A stretch of DNA of 64,000 nucleotides from an uncultured Pelagibacteraceae bacterium (GTDB lineage: Bacteria; Pseudomonadota; Alphaproteobacteria; Pelagibacterales; Pelagibacteraceae). Location: the NCBI GenBank assembly GCA_902627735.1, contig CACOKI010000003.1, forward strand, positions 3,788 to 67,787. The letters are read 5' to 3'. The position numbers were made by a program, and so were the translations under genes. Below, piece after piece: positions 1-10,419 of the stretch. A model generated the notes under the pieces. That model did not search any database. It was not told where the DNA came from and saw only the letters and a list, made by a program, of their open reading frames with translations. The stretch's first letter is position 1; each line of letters begins with the position of its first letter.

Positions 1-64
1 AATATTTTGCCTCAAGTCTTCCTGCGGGCCCTGGAATGAATATTTCTAAAATTTTTTTATCCAT
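1..64 (-). CDS. Alpha/beta hydrolase, N-terminal part only (runs off window edge)
   Basis: Manual translation from ATG at 64: MDKKILEIFIPGPAGRLEAKY. The GPAGRLE motif is typical of the hydrolase found divergent from iscR/suf in alphaproteobacteria. Confidence 0.75.
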   Translation of the reverse strand, partial: MDKKILEIFIPGPAGRLEAKY

Positions 65-146
65 AATTGATATTGATAATTATTCTCAAAAAAAAATTAC
101 GTTTAACACATGTACGTGACAAAATGTTAGTGTTTTTTTCTGATAG

Positions 147-171
147 ATACTTGACTATTTTAGTCGGGTTT
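147..171 (+). promoter_or_regulatory. IscR type-1 operator
   Basis: ATACTTGACTATTTTAGTCGGGTTT matches the IscR type-1 consensus (ATASYYGACTRWWWYAGTCRRSTAT) about 30 nt upstream of the Rrf2 gene. Confidence 0.85.
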
Positions 172-199
172 ATATATATGCCTGTAAAATATAGGTTTT

Positions 200-625
200 A
201 TGAAACTAACATCTAAAGGCAGATATGCGGTAATGGCTTTAGTTGATCTGGCAAGGTTTGACAGTATAAACCCAGTATCTCTAAGAGACATATCGCTAAG
301 ACAAGGGATCTCACTCGATTACCTTGAACAAATTTTTTCTAAACTCAGAAAAAAAGAGATTGTTCAAAGTGTAAGAGGAAATCAAGGTGGTTATGTTTTG
401 AACAAAAAAGCTAAAGAAATTAAACTTACGAATATTTTTGATGCAGTTGATGAAAAAGTAAAAACTGTTCAGTGTAAAAAAGAGTCTAAAAAGGGTTGTA
501 ATGGCAGATCTACAAAATGTTTAACCCATAATTTATGGGACGAGCTTGAAAACCATATTAATGACTTTTTTGAAAAAAAGAGTTTAGAAGATCTTGTTAA
601 AGAAAATACTGAAAGAAGAATTTAG
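200..625 (+). CDS. iscR: Rrf2-family Fe-S cluster regulator IscR
   Basis: [11 protein letters not shown] start, YLEQIF...SVRGxxGGY, three Cys plus His (C-x7-C-x6-C-x2-H); heads the suf operon. Confidence 0.9.
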   Translation: MKLTSKGRYAVMALVDLARFDSINPVSLRDISLRQGISLDYLEQIFSKLRKKEIVQSVRGNQGGYVLNKKAKEIKLTNIFDAVDEKVKTVQCKKESKKGCNGRSTKCLTHNLWDELENHINDFFEKKSLEDLVKENTERRI

Positions 626-627
626 AG

Positions 628-2070
628 ATGGATACAAGAGAAAAAGATATAGAAAAGTTAAAAGATTATAAGTACGGTTTTACTACCGATATTGAAAATA
701 TAAAAGCTCCAAAAGGCTTAAACGAAGATGTGATCAAGTTTATTTCTAATATCAAAAAAGAACCACAATGGATGTTAGACTTTAGGTTAAAGGCTTATGA
801 GCGATTAAAACTTTTGAAAGAACCTAACTGGCAAAAACCAAAGTATCCTAAGATTGATTATCAAGATTTATATTATTATTCAGCACCAAAAAGTATGAAG
901 GATAAGCCAAAAAGTTTAGATGAGCTTGACCCTAAACTTTTAGAAACATATAAAAAACTTGGAATTCCTTTACAAGAACAAGCAAGATTAAATGGAATTG
1001 CAGTGGATGCTGTATTTGATTCCGTTTCAGTTGCAACTACTTTTAAAGGTGAATTAACAAAGCATGGAATCATTTTTTGCTCAATGTCAGAGGCAATTCA
1101 AAAACATCCTGACCTTGTTAAAAAATATTTAGGTACTGTAATACCAGTTACCGACCATTTCTTTGCCACATTAAACTCCGCTGTATTTACAGATGGATCA
1201 TTTGTTTATATTCCTAAAGGTGTTAAGTGCCCTATGGAACTATCGACCTATTTCAGAATCAATGCTTCACAGACAGGTCAATTTGAAAGAACATTGATTA
1301 TTGCTGATGAAGGTAGCTATGTTAGTTACCTTGAGGGATGTACCGCTCCAATGAGAGATGAAAATCAATTACATGCCGCGAATGTAGAATTAATTGCTTT
1401 AGATGACGCAGAAATAAAATATTCAACTGTACAAAATTGGTATCCAGGTGATGAAAATGGTAAAGGAGGGATATATAATTTTGTGACTAAAAGAGGGTTA
1501 TGCAAGGGGAAAAATTCTAAGATTTCTTGGACACAAGTTGAAACAGGTTCAGCTATAACTTGGAAATATCCAAGCTGTATTTTAAAAGGGGACAATTCTA
1601 TTGGAGAATTTTACTCTATAGCAATTACAAATAATCACCAAAAAGCTGACACAGGAACAAAAATGATTCATTTAGGAAAAAATACAAAAAGTAAAATTAT
1701 TTCAAAGGGTATCAGCGCTGGATTTTCTGATATGACTTACAGAGGTTTAGTAGATATTAATTCAAAAGCTAAAAATTCAAGTAACTACACACAATGTGAC
1801 TCCTTATTAATGGGAAATAAATGTGGTGCACACACGGTACCTTATATTAAAAATAAAAATTTTGACTCAAATATTGCACACGAAGCCACAACATCAAAGA
1901 TCAGCGAGGAACAATTACACTATTGCCAACAAAGAGGACTTAATTCCGAGGAAGCTGTGGGATTAATCGTAAACGGTTTTTGCAAAGAAGTACTGCAACA
2001 GCTTCCAATGGAGTTTGCGGTCGAAGCTCAAAAACTTGTAGGAATCAGTTTAGAGGGAAGTGTTGGTTAA
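628..2070 (+). CDS. sufB: Fe-S cluster assembly protein SufB
   Basis: [38 protein letters not shown] motifs. Confidence 0.98.
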   Translation: MDTREKDIEKLKDYKYGFTTDIENIKAPKGLNEDVIKFISNIKKEPQWMLDFRLKAYERLKLLKEPNWQKPKYPKIDYQDLYYYSAPKSMKDKPKSLDELDPKLLETYKKLGIPLQEQARLNGIAVDAVFDSVSVATTFKGELTKHGIIFCSMSEAIQKHPDLVKKYLGTVIPVTDHFFATLNSAVFTDGSFVYIPKGVKCPMELSTYFRINASQTGQFERTLIIADEGSYVSYLEGCTAPMRDENQLHAANVELIALDDAEIKYSTVQNWYPGDENGKGGIYNFVTKRGLCKGKNSKISWTQVETGSAITWKYPSCILKGDNSIGEFYSIAITNNHQKADTGTKMIHLGKNTKSKIISKGISAGFSDMTYRGLVDINSKAKNSSNYTQCDSLLMGNKCGAHTVPYIKNKNFDSNIAHEATTSKISEEQLHYCQQRGLNSEEAVGLIVNGFCKEVLQQLPMEFAVEAQKLVGISLEGSVG

Positions 2071-2804
2071 TGCTTAAGATATCTAACTTAAATGCGAATG
2101 TTGAAAATAAATCTATATTAAAGGGGTTTTCTTTAAATATAAATCCCGGTGAAGTTCACGCAATTATGGGTCCAAATGGATCAGGAAAAAGCACATTATC
2201 CAATATTTTATCTGGAAAAAAGGGATATGAAGTATCAGGTGAAATATTATTTGAGAACAAAAATTTATTTGATCTTGAGACTGAGGAAAGAGCTCATAAA
2301 GGAATATTTTTAGCTTTTCAATATCCTTTAGAAATTCCAGGCGTAAATACAAATATTTTTTTAAAAACATCATTAAACGCCATCAGAAAAGCTCGTGGAG
2401 AAAAGGAATTAGATGCGATTGAATTTTTAAAGCTTGTTAAAAAAAAAGCTAAAGAATTAAAATTTGATGAGGAAAAACTCAATAGACAACTTAATGTTGG
2501 TTTTTCTGGAGGAGAAAAAAAGAAAAATGAAATTTTACAAATGTCTATGCTAGCTCCAAAATTATCTATTTTAGATGAAACAGACTCAGGTTTAGACATT
2601 GATGCTTTAAAAATAGTAGCTGATGGAGTTAATACTTTAAGAAATAAAGATAATTCTTTTTTAATAATTACTCACTATCAAAGGTTATTAGACTACATAA
2701 AACCTGACTTTGTTCATGTTTTAATGAATGGAAAGATAATTAGATCTGGTGGTCCGGAATTAGCAATAGAACTAGAAAAAAAAGGATATGAAAGTTTTAA
2801 TTAA
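2070..2804 (+). CDS. sufC: Fe-S assembly ATPase SufC
   Basis: GPNGSGKST, FSGGEKKKNE, DETDSGLDIDAL; start set at the ATG overlapping the sufB stop (TAATG). Confidence 0.97.
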   Translation: MLKISNLNANVENKSILKGFSLNINPGEVHAIMGPNGSGKSTLSNILSGKKGYEVSGEILFENKNLFDLETEERAHKGIFLAFQYPLEIPGVNTNIFLKTSLNAIRKARGEKELDAIEFLKLVKKKAKELKFDEEKLNRQLNVGFSGGEKKKNEILQMSMLAPKLSILDETDSGLDIDALKIVADGVNTLRNKDNSFLIITHYQRLLDYIKPDFVHVLMNGKIIRSGGPELAIELEKKGYESFN

Positions 2805-4052
2805 ATGAATGAACAACTACAATTAGATTTTGATAAAATAATAGAAACTTATAAAATTTCAGAAAAAGAAATCCAATTAAAAAAAAATTTTCTGAAAAAA
2901 TTTATTGAAAATGGTTTTCCAAACAGAAAACAAGAAGATTGGAAGTTTTTAGATATAAGTCAGATTATAAAAAAAAATATTGGTGACTTAAGTTTTTTTA
3001 ACGATTATTCATTACCAAATAAAATTGATCCATCTATTTTTATAGATGGTTTAGAACATAATAAGATTATTTTTATCAATGGTAGAATTGAAAAAATCGA
3101 TTTTAATTATGAAGATCAAAATCAAATTGAAATAAGTGATGAAATTGGAAAAAATATATCATTTGATTATGATAATTCTTTAATTGACCTTAATAATGCA
3201 TTTTCTAATAAAGTTTTTAAAATTTTAGTTAAAAAGAATTATTCTTTAAAAAAACCTTTAGTGATCTACCATTCAACAAGCAATAAAATTAAGTCCAAAA
3301 ATGTAAATTTAAGTTTAAATTTTGAGTTAGAAGAAAATAGTTGCTTACGACTTATTGATTATTTTAGTGACAACACAGAGAAAAACTTTGTAAATATTTC
3401 GTACAATTTCAATTTGAAAAAATATTCAATTCTTAAAAATTTTAAACTTGATAAATTTAGAAATAATAATTTAAAGTATTCTTTCAATAATATTGAGCAG
3501 GATAATAATAGTATTTCAGAAACATTTATATTATCCGCTGGTTCAGACTATTTTAAAAATGAAGTTAACTGTAACTTAAATGGTGAATATTCATCGGCCT
3601 TTATTAATGGAGTTTTTTCATTAAAGGAAAATCAACAGCATGAAATTAGATCTACAATTAATCATTTAGTTGAGAACACCAAAAGTTATCAACTTATAAA
3701 AAGTGTACTTGGAAAGAATTCAAAATCAGCATATCAAGGAAGAATTTTTGTAAATTCAAAAGCTCAAAAAACAGATGGTTATCAATTAAGTAAAGCAATA
3801 TTGTTAGATGAAACATCTGAGTTTAATGCAAAACCAGAATTAGAAATTTATGCTGATGACGTAAAATGTTCTCACGGATCAGCATCTGGAAGTTTAAATG
3901 AAAACTCAATCTTTTACTTAATGTCTCGAGGTTTAGACTACCAACAATCTAAAGAACTTTTAATAAATGGATTTTTACTAGATGTTGTTGAAAAAATAAC
4001 AGATTCAGAAATTAAAAATCTAATTAAAAACATCATTGGATTAAAAGAATGA
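2805..4052 (+). CDS. sufD: Fe-S assembly protein SufD
   Basis: EDWKF, KPELEIYADDVKCSHG, FYLMSRG. Confidence 0.95.
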   Translation: MNEQLQLDFDKIIETYKISEKEIQLKKNFLKKFIENGFPNRKQEDWKFLDISQIIKKNIGDLSFFNDYSLPNKIDPSIFIDGLEHNKIIFINGRIEKIDFNYEDQNQIEISDEIGKNISFDYDNSLIDLNNAFSNKVFKILVKKNYSLKKPLVIYHSTSNKIKSKNVNLSLNFELEENSCLRLIDYFSDNTEKNFVNISYNFNLKKYSILKNFKLDKFRNNNLKYSFNNIEQDNNSISETFILSAGSDYFKNEVNCNLNGEYSSAFINGVFSLKENQQHEIRSTINHLVENTKSYQLIKSVLGKNSKSAYQGRIFVNSKAQKTDGYQLSKAILLDETSEFNAKPELEIYADDVKCSHGSASGSLNENSIFYLMSRGLDYQQSKELLINGFLLDVVEKITDSEIKNLIKNIIGLKE

Positions 4053-5269
4053 ATATAAATAATATTAAAAAAGAATTTCCAATTTTTGATGAAAAAATTC
4101 AGAATAATGATTTAGTTTATTTGGATAGTGCCAATTCATCTCAAAAACCCAAAGTAGTTCTAGATAGAATCAATGATTTTTACTCCAAACAGTTTTCAAA
4201 TGTGGGTAGAAGCATTCATTATTTAGCAGTTGCAGCCACTAATCTTTATGAAAATACAAGGTCTTCAGTTCAAAAATACATAAATGCAAAAGATAAAAAT
4301 GAAATCGTATTTACTAAAGGTGCTACTGAGGCTCTAAATTTAGTTGCTAATACTTTAGGTCAAGCAATCTTAGAGCCAAATGATGAAATTTTAATCACAG
4401 AATTAGAGCATCATTCAAATTATGTTCCTTGGCATTTTTTGAGAAAATCTAAGAATATTAAAATAAAATTTGCAGAAATTAATGAGGATGGTGATATTCC
4501 AATTGAAAATATAGAAAAAGAAATAACAGATAGAACTAAAGTAATTGCCATAACTCATTTATCTAATGTTACTGGTTCAATTTTACCTATCAAAGAAATT
4601 ACTCAACTTGCTCACTCTAAAGGTATTGTAGTTGTAGTTGATGGTTGTCAGGGAGGACCACATTTGAAATTAGATATGCAGGATTTAGATTGTGATTTTT
4701 ATGCAATTTCATGTCATAAAATGTATGGTCCAACAGGACTAGGTGTTCTTTATGGAAAGAAAAAATGGTTAGAACAACTTCCACCTTACCAAGGTGGAGG
4801 AGGTATGATTAATGAAGTTAAAAAAGATAGAATTACATATGGCGAACTTCCCAATAAATACGAAGCTGGAACAATGGCTACAGCACAAGTGATTGCCTTT
4901 GATCAGTCAATAAAATTTCTCGAAAGTATTGGAATTGAAAATATTATGAAGCACGAAAAAGAACTAATTGAATATGGTCAAGAAATTTTACAAAAGAATA
5001 ATTCTGTAAAATTAATTGGAAACCCGAAAGAGAGAGGTGGTGTATTATCTTTTACTATTGAAGGTGTCCACCCTCATGATATTGCAACAATTTTAGATGA
5101 AACAGGAGTTGCAATTAGAGCAGGTCATCATTGCTGTCAAATTCTTCATGATAAATTAGGTATTCCTGCAAGTGCAAGAGCGTCATTAGGAGTATATAAT
5201 ACTAAAGATGATTTGGATAAATTGAATGAAGGAATTAATAATTGTAAAAAAATTTTTGATTTAAAATGA
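4049..5269 (+). CDS. sufS: Cysteine desulfurase SufS
   Basis: YLDSA, EHHSNYVPW, SCHKMYGPTG, RAGHHC. Confidence 0.96.
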   Translation: MNINNIKKEFPIFDEKIQNNDLVYLDSANSSQKPKVVLDRINDFYSKQFSNVGRSIHYLAVAATNLYENTRSSVQKYINAKDKNEIVFTKGATEALNLVANTLGQAILEPNDEILITELEHHSNYVPWHFLRKSKNIKIKFAEINEDGDIPIENIEKEITDRTKVIAITHLSNVTGSILPIKEITQLAHSKGIVVVVDGCQGGPHLKLDMQDLDCDFYAISCHKMYGPTGLGVLYGKKKWLEQLPPYQGGGGMINEVKKDRITYGELPNKYEAGTMATAQVIAFDQSIKFLESIGIENIMKHEKELIEYGQEILQKNNSVKLIGNPKERGGVLSFTIEGVHPHDIATILDETGVAIRAGHHCCQILHDKLGIPASARASLGVYNTKDDLDKLNEGINNCKKIFDLK

Positions 5270-5730
5270 ATTTAAAAGAACTTTATCAAGAAATAATTTT
5301 AGAACACGGAAAAAATCCTAGAAACTTGAGGAAGACAGAAAATTTTAATAAAGATGCTAAAGGAAATAATCCATTATGTGGTGATAACGTTCATGTATAT
5401 TTAAAATTAAATGAACAAAGAAAAGTTGAAGATATATCTTTTGAAGGAAGTGGATGTGCAATATCTATGGCATCTGCTTCAATAATGACAGATTTAATTA
5501 AAGGCAAAAGTGACAATGAAGCTAAGGAAATTATAGAAGATTTTTTAGGAATGATAAAAGAAAATCCAGAACTTAAGAATGATATCTTAAAAGAGGATGA
5601 TAAAACAAAATTAATGTGTCTTTCAGGAGTTAAACAATACCCTATGAGAGTAAAATGTGCTACTTTATCATGGCACACTTTAGTGTCTGCAATGGAAAAT
5701 GATAGTAAACAAGTAAGTACAGAAGATTAA
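5266..5730 (+). CDS. sufU: SUF-system NifU-like sulfur transfer protein SufU
   Basis: NPLCGD, GCAISMAS, RVKCATL. Confidence 0.93.
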   Translation: MNLKELYQEIILEHGKNPRNLRKTENFNKDAKGNNPLCGDNVHVYLKLNEQRKVEDISFEGSGCAISMASASIMTDLIKGKSDNEAKEIIEDFLGMIKENPELKNDILKEDDKTKLMCLSGVKQYPMRVKCATLSWHTLVSAMENDSKQVSTED

Positions 5731-5735
5731 TTATT

Positions 5736-6032
5736 ATGGAAGTTAAAAATAAAATAATAGAAGAAATAAGAAAAATATATGATCCTGAGTTACCTGTGAA
5801 TATTTATGAACTTGGTTTAATCTATGATATACAAATTAAAGGTAAAAAAGCTGAAATAAAAATGACACTTACAACACCTAATTGTCCTGTTGCAGAAAGT
5901 TTACCTAAAGAAGTTAAAGAAGGTGCAATGCAAGTAGAGGGGATAGATGAGGTCGATCTTGAATTAGTTTGGGATCCACCATGGACAAAAGATATGATGT
6001 CTGATGCTGCAAAACTGGAGTTAAATTTATAA
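5736..6032 (+). CDS. sufT: DUF59/SufT Fe-S maturation protein
   Basis: DPELPVNIYELGLIY, MTLTTPNCPVA, WDPPW. Confidence 0.9.
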   Translation: MEVKNKIIEEIRKIYDPELPVNIYELGLIYDIQIKGKKAEIKMTLTTPNCPVAESLPKEVKEGAMQVEGIDEVDLELVWDPPWTKDMMSDAAKLELNL

Positions 6033-6367
6033 TGAACCCAATAATAAAATTAAGTGACAATGCAGCAAACAGAATTAAAGAAATTATGTCTGGTGCCGAA
6101 AAAAATGCATTAGGAGTTCGAGTTTCTGTAAAATCTGGTGGATGTGCCGGCATGTCTTATGTTATGGAATATTCCAAAGAATTAAATCCAAATGATGAAA
6201 TTATCGAGGAAAAAGGTGTAAAAGTTTTTATCGACTCTGCAGCTGTTATGTATTTATTAGGAACTGAAATGGACTATAAAAAAGAGGATTTTTCCTCAAC
6301 TTTTGTATTCAATAATCCCAATGAAACCGAGCGTTGTGGTTGTGGGGAGTCATTTAAAATTGATTAA
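6032..6367 (+). CDS. sufA: A-type Fe-S carrier (SufA/IscA, HesB family)
   Basis: GGCAGMSY and CGCGESF. Confidence 0.92.
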   Translation: MNPIIKLSDNAANRIKEIMSGAEKNALGVRVSVKSGGCAGMSYVMEYSKELNPNDEIIEEKGVKVFIDSAAVMYLLGTEMDYKKEDFSSTFVFNNPNETERCGCGESFKID

Positions 6368-6433
6368 ATATTAGTATCCCGTAAGTTGCATAGCAGTATT
6401 GCGTTTTATGCATAACTAGTGTATATTTGAATC

Positions 6434-6604
6434 ATGAATAAGTTTGAATTTAAAAATCTTGTTAAGGGTCTTAAAAATTCTTTAAAAGAAAAAACATTTT
6501 TTAAAGATTTGCGTAAAGAAGTAGAAACAGGTGCCAACGGTACACAGGATTACGTTGTTAAAAAAGGCGTTAACAAGAATACAATCGCTACAACTAGACA
6601 GTAA
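6434..6604 (+). CDS. Small basic hypothetical protein, 56 aa (below the ORF track cut-off)
   Basis: Manual translation MNKFEFKNLVKGLKNSLKEKTFFKDLRKEVETGANGTQDYVVKKGVNKNTIATTRQ; fills the gap and stops 1 nt from the glnA stop. Confidence 0.7.
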   Translation: MNKFEFKNLVKGLKNSLKEKTFFKDLRKEVETGANGTQDYVVKKGVNKNTIATTRQ

Positions 6605-6605
6605 T

Positions 6606-8012
6606 TTAACTACTGTAATACATCTCAAATTCTATTGGATGAGGTGCGTGTTCAAACTTGTGAATCTCTTCAAATTTTAATGCAATATAAGCATCGATCT
6701 GGTCGTCAGTAAACACACCACCTTGAGTTAAAAATTCTCTATCTTTATCCAAACTTTCCATTGCTTCACGTAAAGAGCCACACACTGTTGGAATCGCTTT
6801 TACCTCTTCTGGAGGTAAATCATACAAATCTTTATCAAAAGATTCACCAGGATGAATTTTATTTTTGATACCATCTAAACCTGCCATTAACATTGCAGCA
6901 AATGTTAAATATGGGTTTCCTGAGGCATCAGGGAATCTAATCTCACATCTTGCCCCTTTTTTACTTAAAGTAATTGGGATACGGCATGACGCAGATCTAT
7001 TTCTTGCAGAATAAGCAAGAAGCACCGGAGCTTCAAATCCAGGTACTAATCTTTTATAACTATTGGTTGTTGAGTTAGCAAAAGCATTAATTGCTTTTGC
7101 ATGTTTTAAGATTCCACCAATATAATGTAATGCAGTTTCTGATAATCCCGCATACGCATTGCCCGAAAATACCGGCTTATCACCTTTCCATATTGATTGA
7201 TGAATATGCATTCCAGATCCATTATCGCCAGCAACAGGCTTAGGCATAAAAGTTGCAGTTTTACCAAAAGAGTGAGTAACCATTTGTACAACATACTTAT
7301 AAAGTTGAACGTTATCAGCTTGATTTACTAGTGTACCAAAATACATTCCAAGCTCATGCTGACTTGGTGCAACTTCATGGTGATGTTTTTCAACTTTAAT
7401 ACCAACCTCTTTTAAATTTTTTAAATATTCTCCACGCATATCTTGTTCACTATCAACAGGGGGAACAGGAAAATAACCTCCTTTGATTGGAGGTCTGTGA
7501 CCCATATTTCCGTTATCATATTCTTTACCTGAATTATATGGACCTTCTTTACTATCAATCTTAAATCCACATTCATTCATATCATTTTTAATTTTAACAT
7601 CATCAAATACAAAAAATTCTGGTTCTGGACCAAAAAAAGCTTTATCACCAATTCCAGACTTTTTTAAATATTCCTCAGCTTTTTTTGCAACCCCTCTAGG
7701 ATCTCTTTCGTAAGGTGTTTTTTTAATTGCATCTAGAATGTCACAAAATAAAACAACTGTATTATGAGATGTGAAAGGGTCTAAAAAAAATCTTGATAAA
7801 TCTGGTTTTAAAATCATGTCAGACTCATTTATAGCTTTCCAGCCGGCTATTGAAGATCCATCAAAGAATACACCATCGTTTAACATACTCTCATCAACTG
7901 CGGTACAATCCATTGTTAAATGTTGTAATTTACCTCTTGGATCTGTAAATCTTAAATCAACAAATTCTGCTTCTTTATCTTTAATAAATTTTAAAACATC
8001 TTTAGTACTCAT
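6606..8012 (-). CDS. glnA: Glutamine synthetase type I
   Basis: FDGSSI, HHHEVA, TATFMPKP, NSYKRLVPGFEAP, DLYDLP; GGAGAG RBS. Confidence 0.98.
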   Translation of the reverse strand: MSTKDVLKFIKDKEAEFVDLRFTDPRGKLQHLTMDCTAVDESMLNDGVFFDGSSIAGWKAINESDMILKPDLSRFFLDPFTSHNTVVLFCDILDAIKKTPYERDPRGVAKKAEEYLKKSGIGDKAFFGPEPEFFVFDDVKIKNDMNECGFKIDSKEGPYNSGKEYDNGNMGHRPPIKGGYFPVPPVDSEQDMRGEYLKNLKEVGIKVEKHHHEVAPSQHELGMYFGTLVNQADNVQLYKYVVQMVTHSFGKTATFMPKPVAGDNGSGMHIHQSIWKGDKPVFSGNAYAGLSETALHYIGGILKHAKAINAFANSTTNSYKRLVPGFEAPVLLAYSARNRSASCRIPITLSKKGARCEIRFPDASGNPYLTFAAMLMAGLDGIKNKIHPGESFDKDLYDLPPEEVKAIPTVCGSLREAMESLDKDREFLTQGGVFTDDQIDAYIALKFEEIHKFEHAPHPIEFEMYYSS

Positions 8013-8151
8013 AATCTCTCCTATATAAATCTGGGCCTTGTGATACCAAATAAAGACTGGTAAAGAATGCTCTTTTAATTAATAACACCTATGCAATTTT
8101 TACATAAGTGTGATTTTACAGTATAAATAACTAACAATTTAAAGTTGAATT

Positions 8152-8631
8152 ATGTCTACACTAGATAAAGAGCCAGTAAAAAGGGTTGAGAAATTTTTAA
8201 AAAATTTTGATCCAAACTTAAATGTTATTTTACTTGATACTTCTGCCAGAACAGCTTTGGAGGCAGCCTCCTCTTTAAAATGTGAAGTTGGAGCGATAGT
8301 TAAAAGCTTACTTTTTAAAACTGAAAATACATTCACGTTATGTTTAATAGCTGGAGATAAAAAAGCTTCATTGAATAAGATTAAAAAAACCTTAAATATT
8401 AAAGATGCTTCAATGGCTTCTGCTGATGAGGTTAAAGATATCACAGGTTTTACCATTGGCGGTGTTTCACCAGTGGGCCATTCAAATAAGGTTAATATTT
8501 TTATTGATAAATCATTAGAAAGATTTGCTGATTTATATGCAGCAGCTGGTCATCCAAATTGTGTTTTTAAAATTGATTATTCAAACCTACAAAAAATTAC
8601 TCAAGGTTTAATTAAAGAGATTTCTGAATGA
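8152..8631 (+). CDS. YbaK/EbsC-family aminoacyl-tRNA deacylase
   Basis: IVKSLLF, TGFTIGGVSPVGH, AAAGHP. Confidence 0.9.
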   Translation: MSTLDKEPVKRVEKFLKNFDPNLNVILLDTSARTALEAASSLKCEVGAIVKSLLFKTENTFTLCLIAGDKKASLNKIKKTLNIKDASMASADEVKDITGFTIGGVSPVGHSNKVNIFIDKSLERFADLYAAAGHPNCVFKIDYSNLQKITQGLIKEISE

Positions 8632-9515
8632 GACAACCAAAACTATTAGACTATTTATTATTAACTATATTAGCATTGATTTGGGCTTCTGCTTTTTTTA
8701 ATATTAAAATTGCAACTTACTCATTTGGACCTGTAACTATTGCTTTTCTAAGAGTTTTTTTTGGAGCAATTCCAGTTTTACTTCTATGTTATTTTAAAAA
8801 TATTAAGATTGAAGCATTTTCTAAAGATTGGCATTGGTTTGCTATGATAGGTTTTATAAACTTAGTCGCTCCATTTTTTTTAATAGCCTATGGAGTAAAA
8901 TCTGTTCAAAGTAATTTAGCAGCAATATTGATGTCTACTACTCCATTAAGTTCCACAGTTCTTGGACACTTTTATACAAAAAATGAAAAATTTAATTTCG
9001 TCAAAACCATTGGAATAATGATTGGATTTTCTGGGATTGTGTTTTTATTTTCTGATAATCTACTAATTGATGAAAATAATTTTATATCAGCATTATTAAT
9101 TCTTTTAGGTTCTACTTGTTATGTAATTGGAGGAGTTCTTACTCTAAAAATTAGTAAGAAAAAAAATGAAAATGTAACAGGATCAATTTTAATTTGGGCA
9201 ACTATTATACTAATTCCTTTAGTAAGTTTTATTGAGCAACCTTGGGAATTAACACCAAGGTTAGACTCAACTATTTCAGTAATCTATCTTGGATTAGTTT
9301 CGACTGGTATTGCGTGGTTATTAAGATTTAGAATTTTAGTCACCAATGGGTTAATTTTTCAATCGCAAGTATCTTATTTGATACCAATTTTTGGAACTAT
9401 TTTAAGTTATATCTTTTTGAAAGAATTAATTACTTTTAAAGTGCTTATTTCTCTTATTGCAGTTTGTGTGGGAATTTATTTTGTGAGAAAAGCAGACTAT
9501 CAAAAAACTATTTAA
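8628..9515 (+). CDS. EamA/DMT family transporter
   Basis: About 10 hydrophobic helices; IWASAF, SQVSYLIPIFG. Confidence 0.88.
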   Translation: MRQPKLLDYLLLTILALIWASAFFNIKIATYSFGPVTIAFLRVFFGAIPVLLLCYFKNIKIEAFSKDWHWFAMIGFINLVAPFFLIAYGVKSVQSNLAAILMSTTPLSSTVLGHFYTKNEKFNFVKTIGIMIGFSGIVFLFSDNLLIDENNFISALLILLGSTCYVIGGVLTLKISKKKNENVTGSILIWATIILIPLVSFIEQPWELTPRLDSTISVIYLGLVSTGIAWLLRFRILVTNGLIFQSQVSYLIPIFGTILSYIFLKELITFKVLISLIAVCVGIYFVRKADYQKTI

Positions 9516-10416
9516 GTTCTGAGAAAGCTTTGATATGTGATGGATTTGTTTCACAACATCCACCAATTATTGTCGCTCCACCATCAATAAATTTTTTTGC
9601 TAAATTTTTTAAAACTGATGGGGTTAAGTCAAATCTTTTACCTAAAAATTCATTGGGGTTTCCAGATTTACTTTTTTCATAATTTTCTGTGTATCCACCT
9701 GGGATTTTAGTTTTTTCAAAAGCATTAATTTTAAAACCAAATGGAAATCCTATAGATTTAATTTCATTAATATTTTTTTCATAATTTTCTGGAGAGACAC
9801 ACGCTAATATTAATCCAAGAAGATTTTTTATTTCAATCTTTTTAGTGATTTCTGATAATTTTTCACCACTTGGTAAAGTTACTCCCTCAGAAATATGAGC
9901 ACCAATTAAAAATGGTTTATTAAATTCTTTAATTGAATTAACTGCAATAGAGATTTCCCTAATACTGCTCAGAACATCAAGATAAAAAAAATCAACATAT
10001 GGATTTAAAATTTTTGCTTGATCTTTGAAATTGTTAAATATTTCAATCTCATCTCTTGTGTCACAAGAATATGTCGTATTTTGAGGAGGTAAACCACCAG
10101 CAATTAAAATTTGAGGATATTTATCTTTAATTTTTTTAGCTATTTTACCTGCATTCCTATTTAAGATTTCAAATTTATCCTCTAAATTGTTTTCTTTAAG
10201 TCTAACTCGTCGAGTTGCAAATGTATTAGTTACTATTACCTCTGCACCGGCTTTAACAAAATCCTCATGCACACTTTCAATTAAAGGATGTGTTTTTTCC
10301 TCAAGTAGTGCTTTTGCACTCCATAAAGTGCCCTTCGGGTCTAATCCTCTAGCAAGCAATTCTTGACCCATACCACCATCTAAAATTCTGACCTGTTTGA
10401 AAAAATTTTTATCCAT
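9508..10416 (-). CDS. Homocysteine S-methyltransferase family protein (MmuM/BHMT-like)
   Basis: ILDGGMGQEL, LWSA, AGAEVIVTNTF, IIGGCC zinc motif. Confidence 0.9.
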   Translation of the reverse strand: MDKNFFKQVRILDGGMGQELLARGLDPKGTLWSAKALLEEKTHPLIESVHEDFVKAGAEVIVTNTFATRRVRLKENNLEDKFEILNRNAGKIAKKIKDKYPQILIAGGLPPQNTTYSCDTRDEIEIFNNFKDQAKILNPYVDFFYLDVLSSIREISIAVNSIKEFNKPFLIGAHISEGVTLPSGEKLSEITKKIEIKNLLGLILACVSPENYEKNINEIKSIGFPFGFKINAFEKTKIPGGYTENYEKSKSGNPNEFLGKRFDLTPSVLKNLAKKFIDGGATIIGGCCETNPSHIKAFSELK

Positions 10417-10419
10417 AAA

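Noticed and set aside
1980-2069. 30-aa N-terminal extension of SufC in the ORF track
   Set aside because: It lies inside sufB; the TAATG-coupled ATG at 2070 gives a normal SufC.
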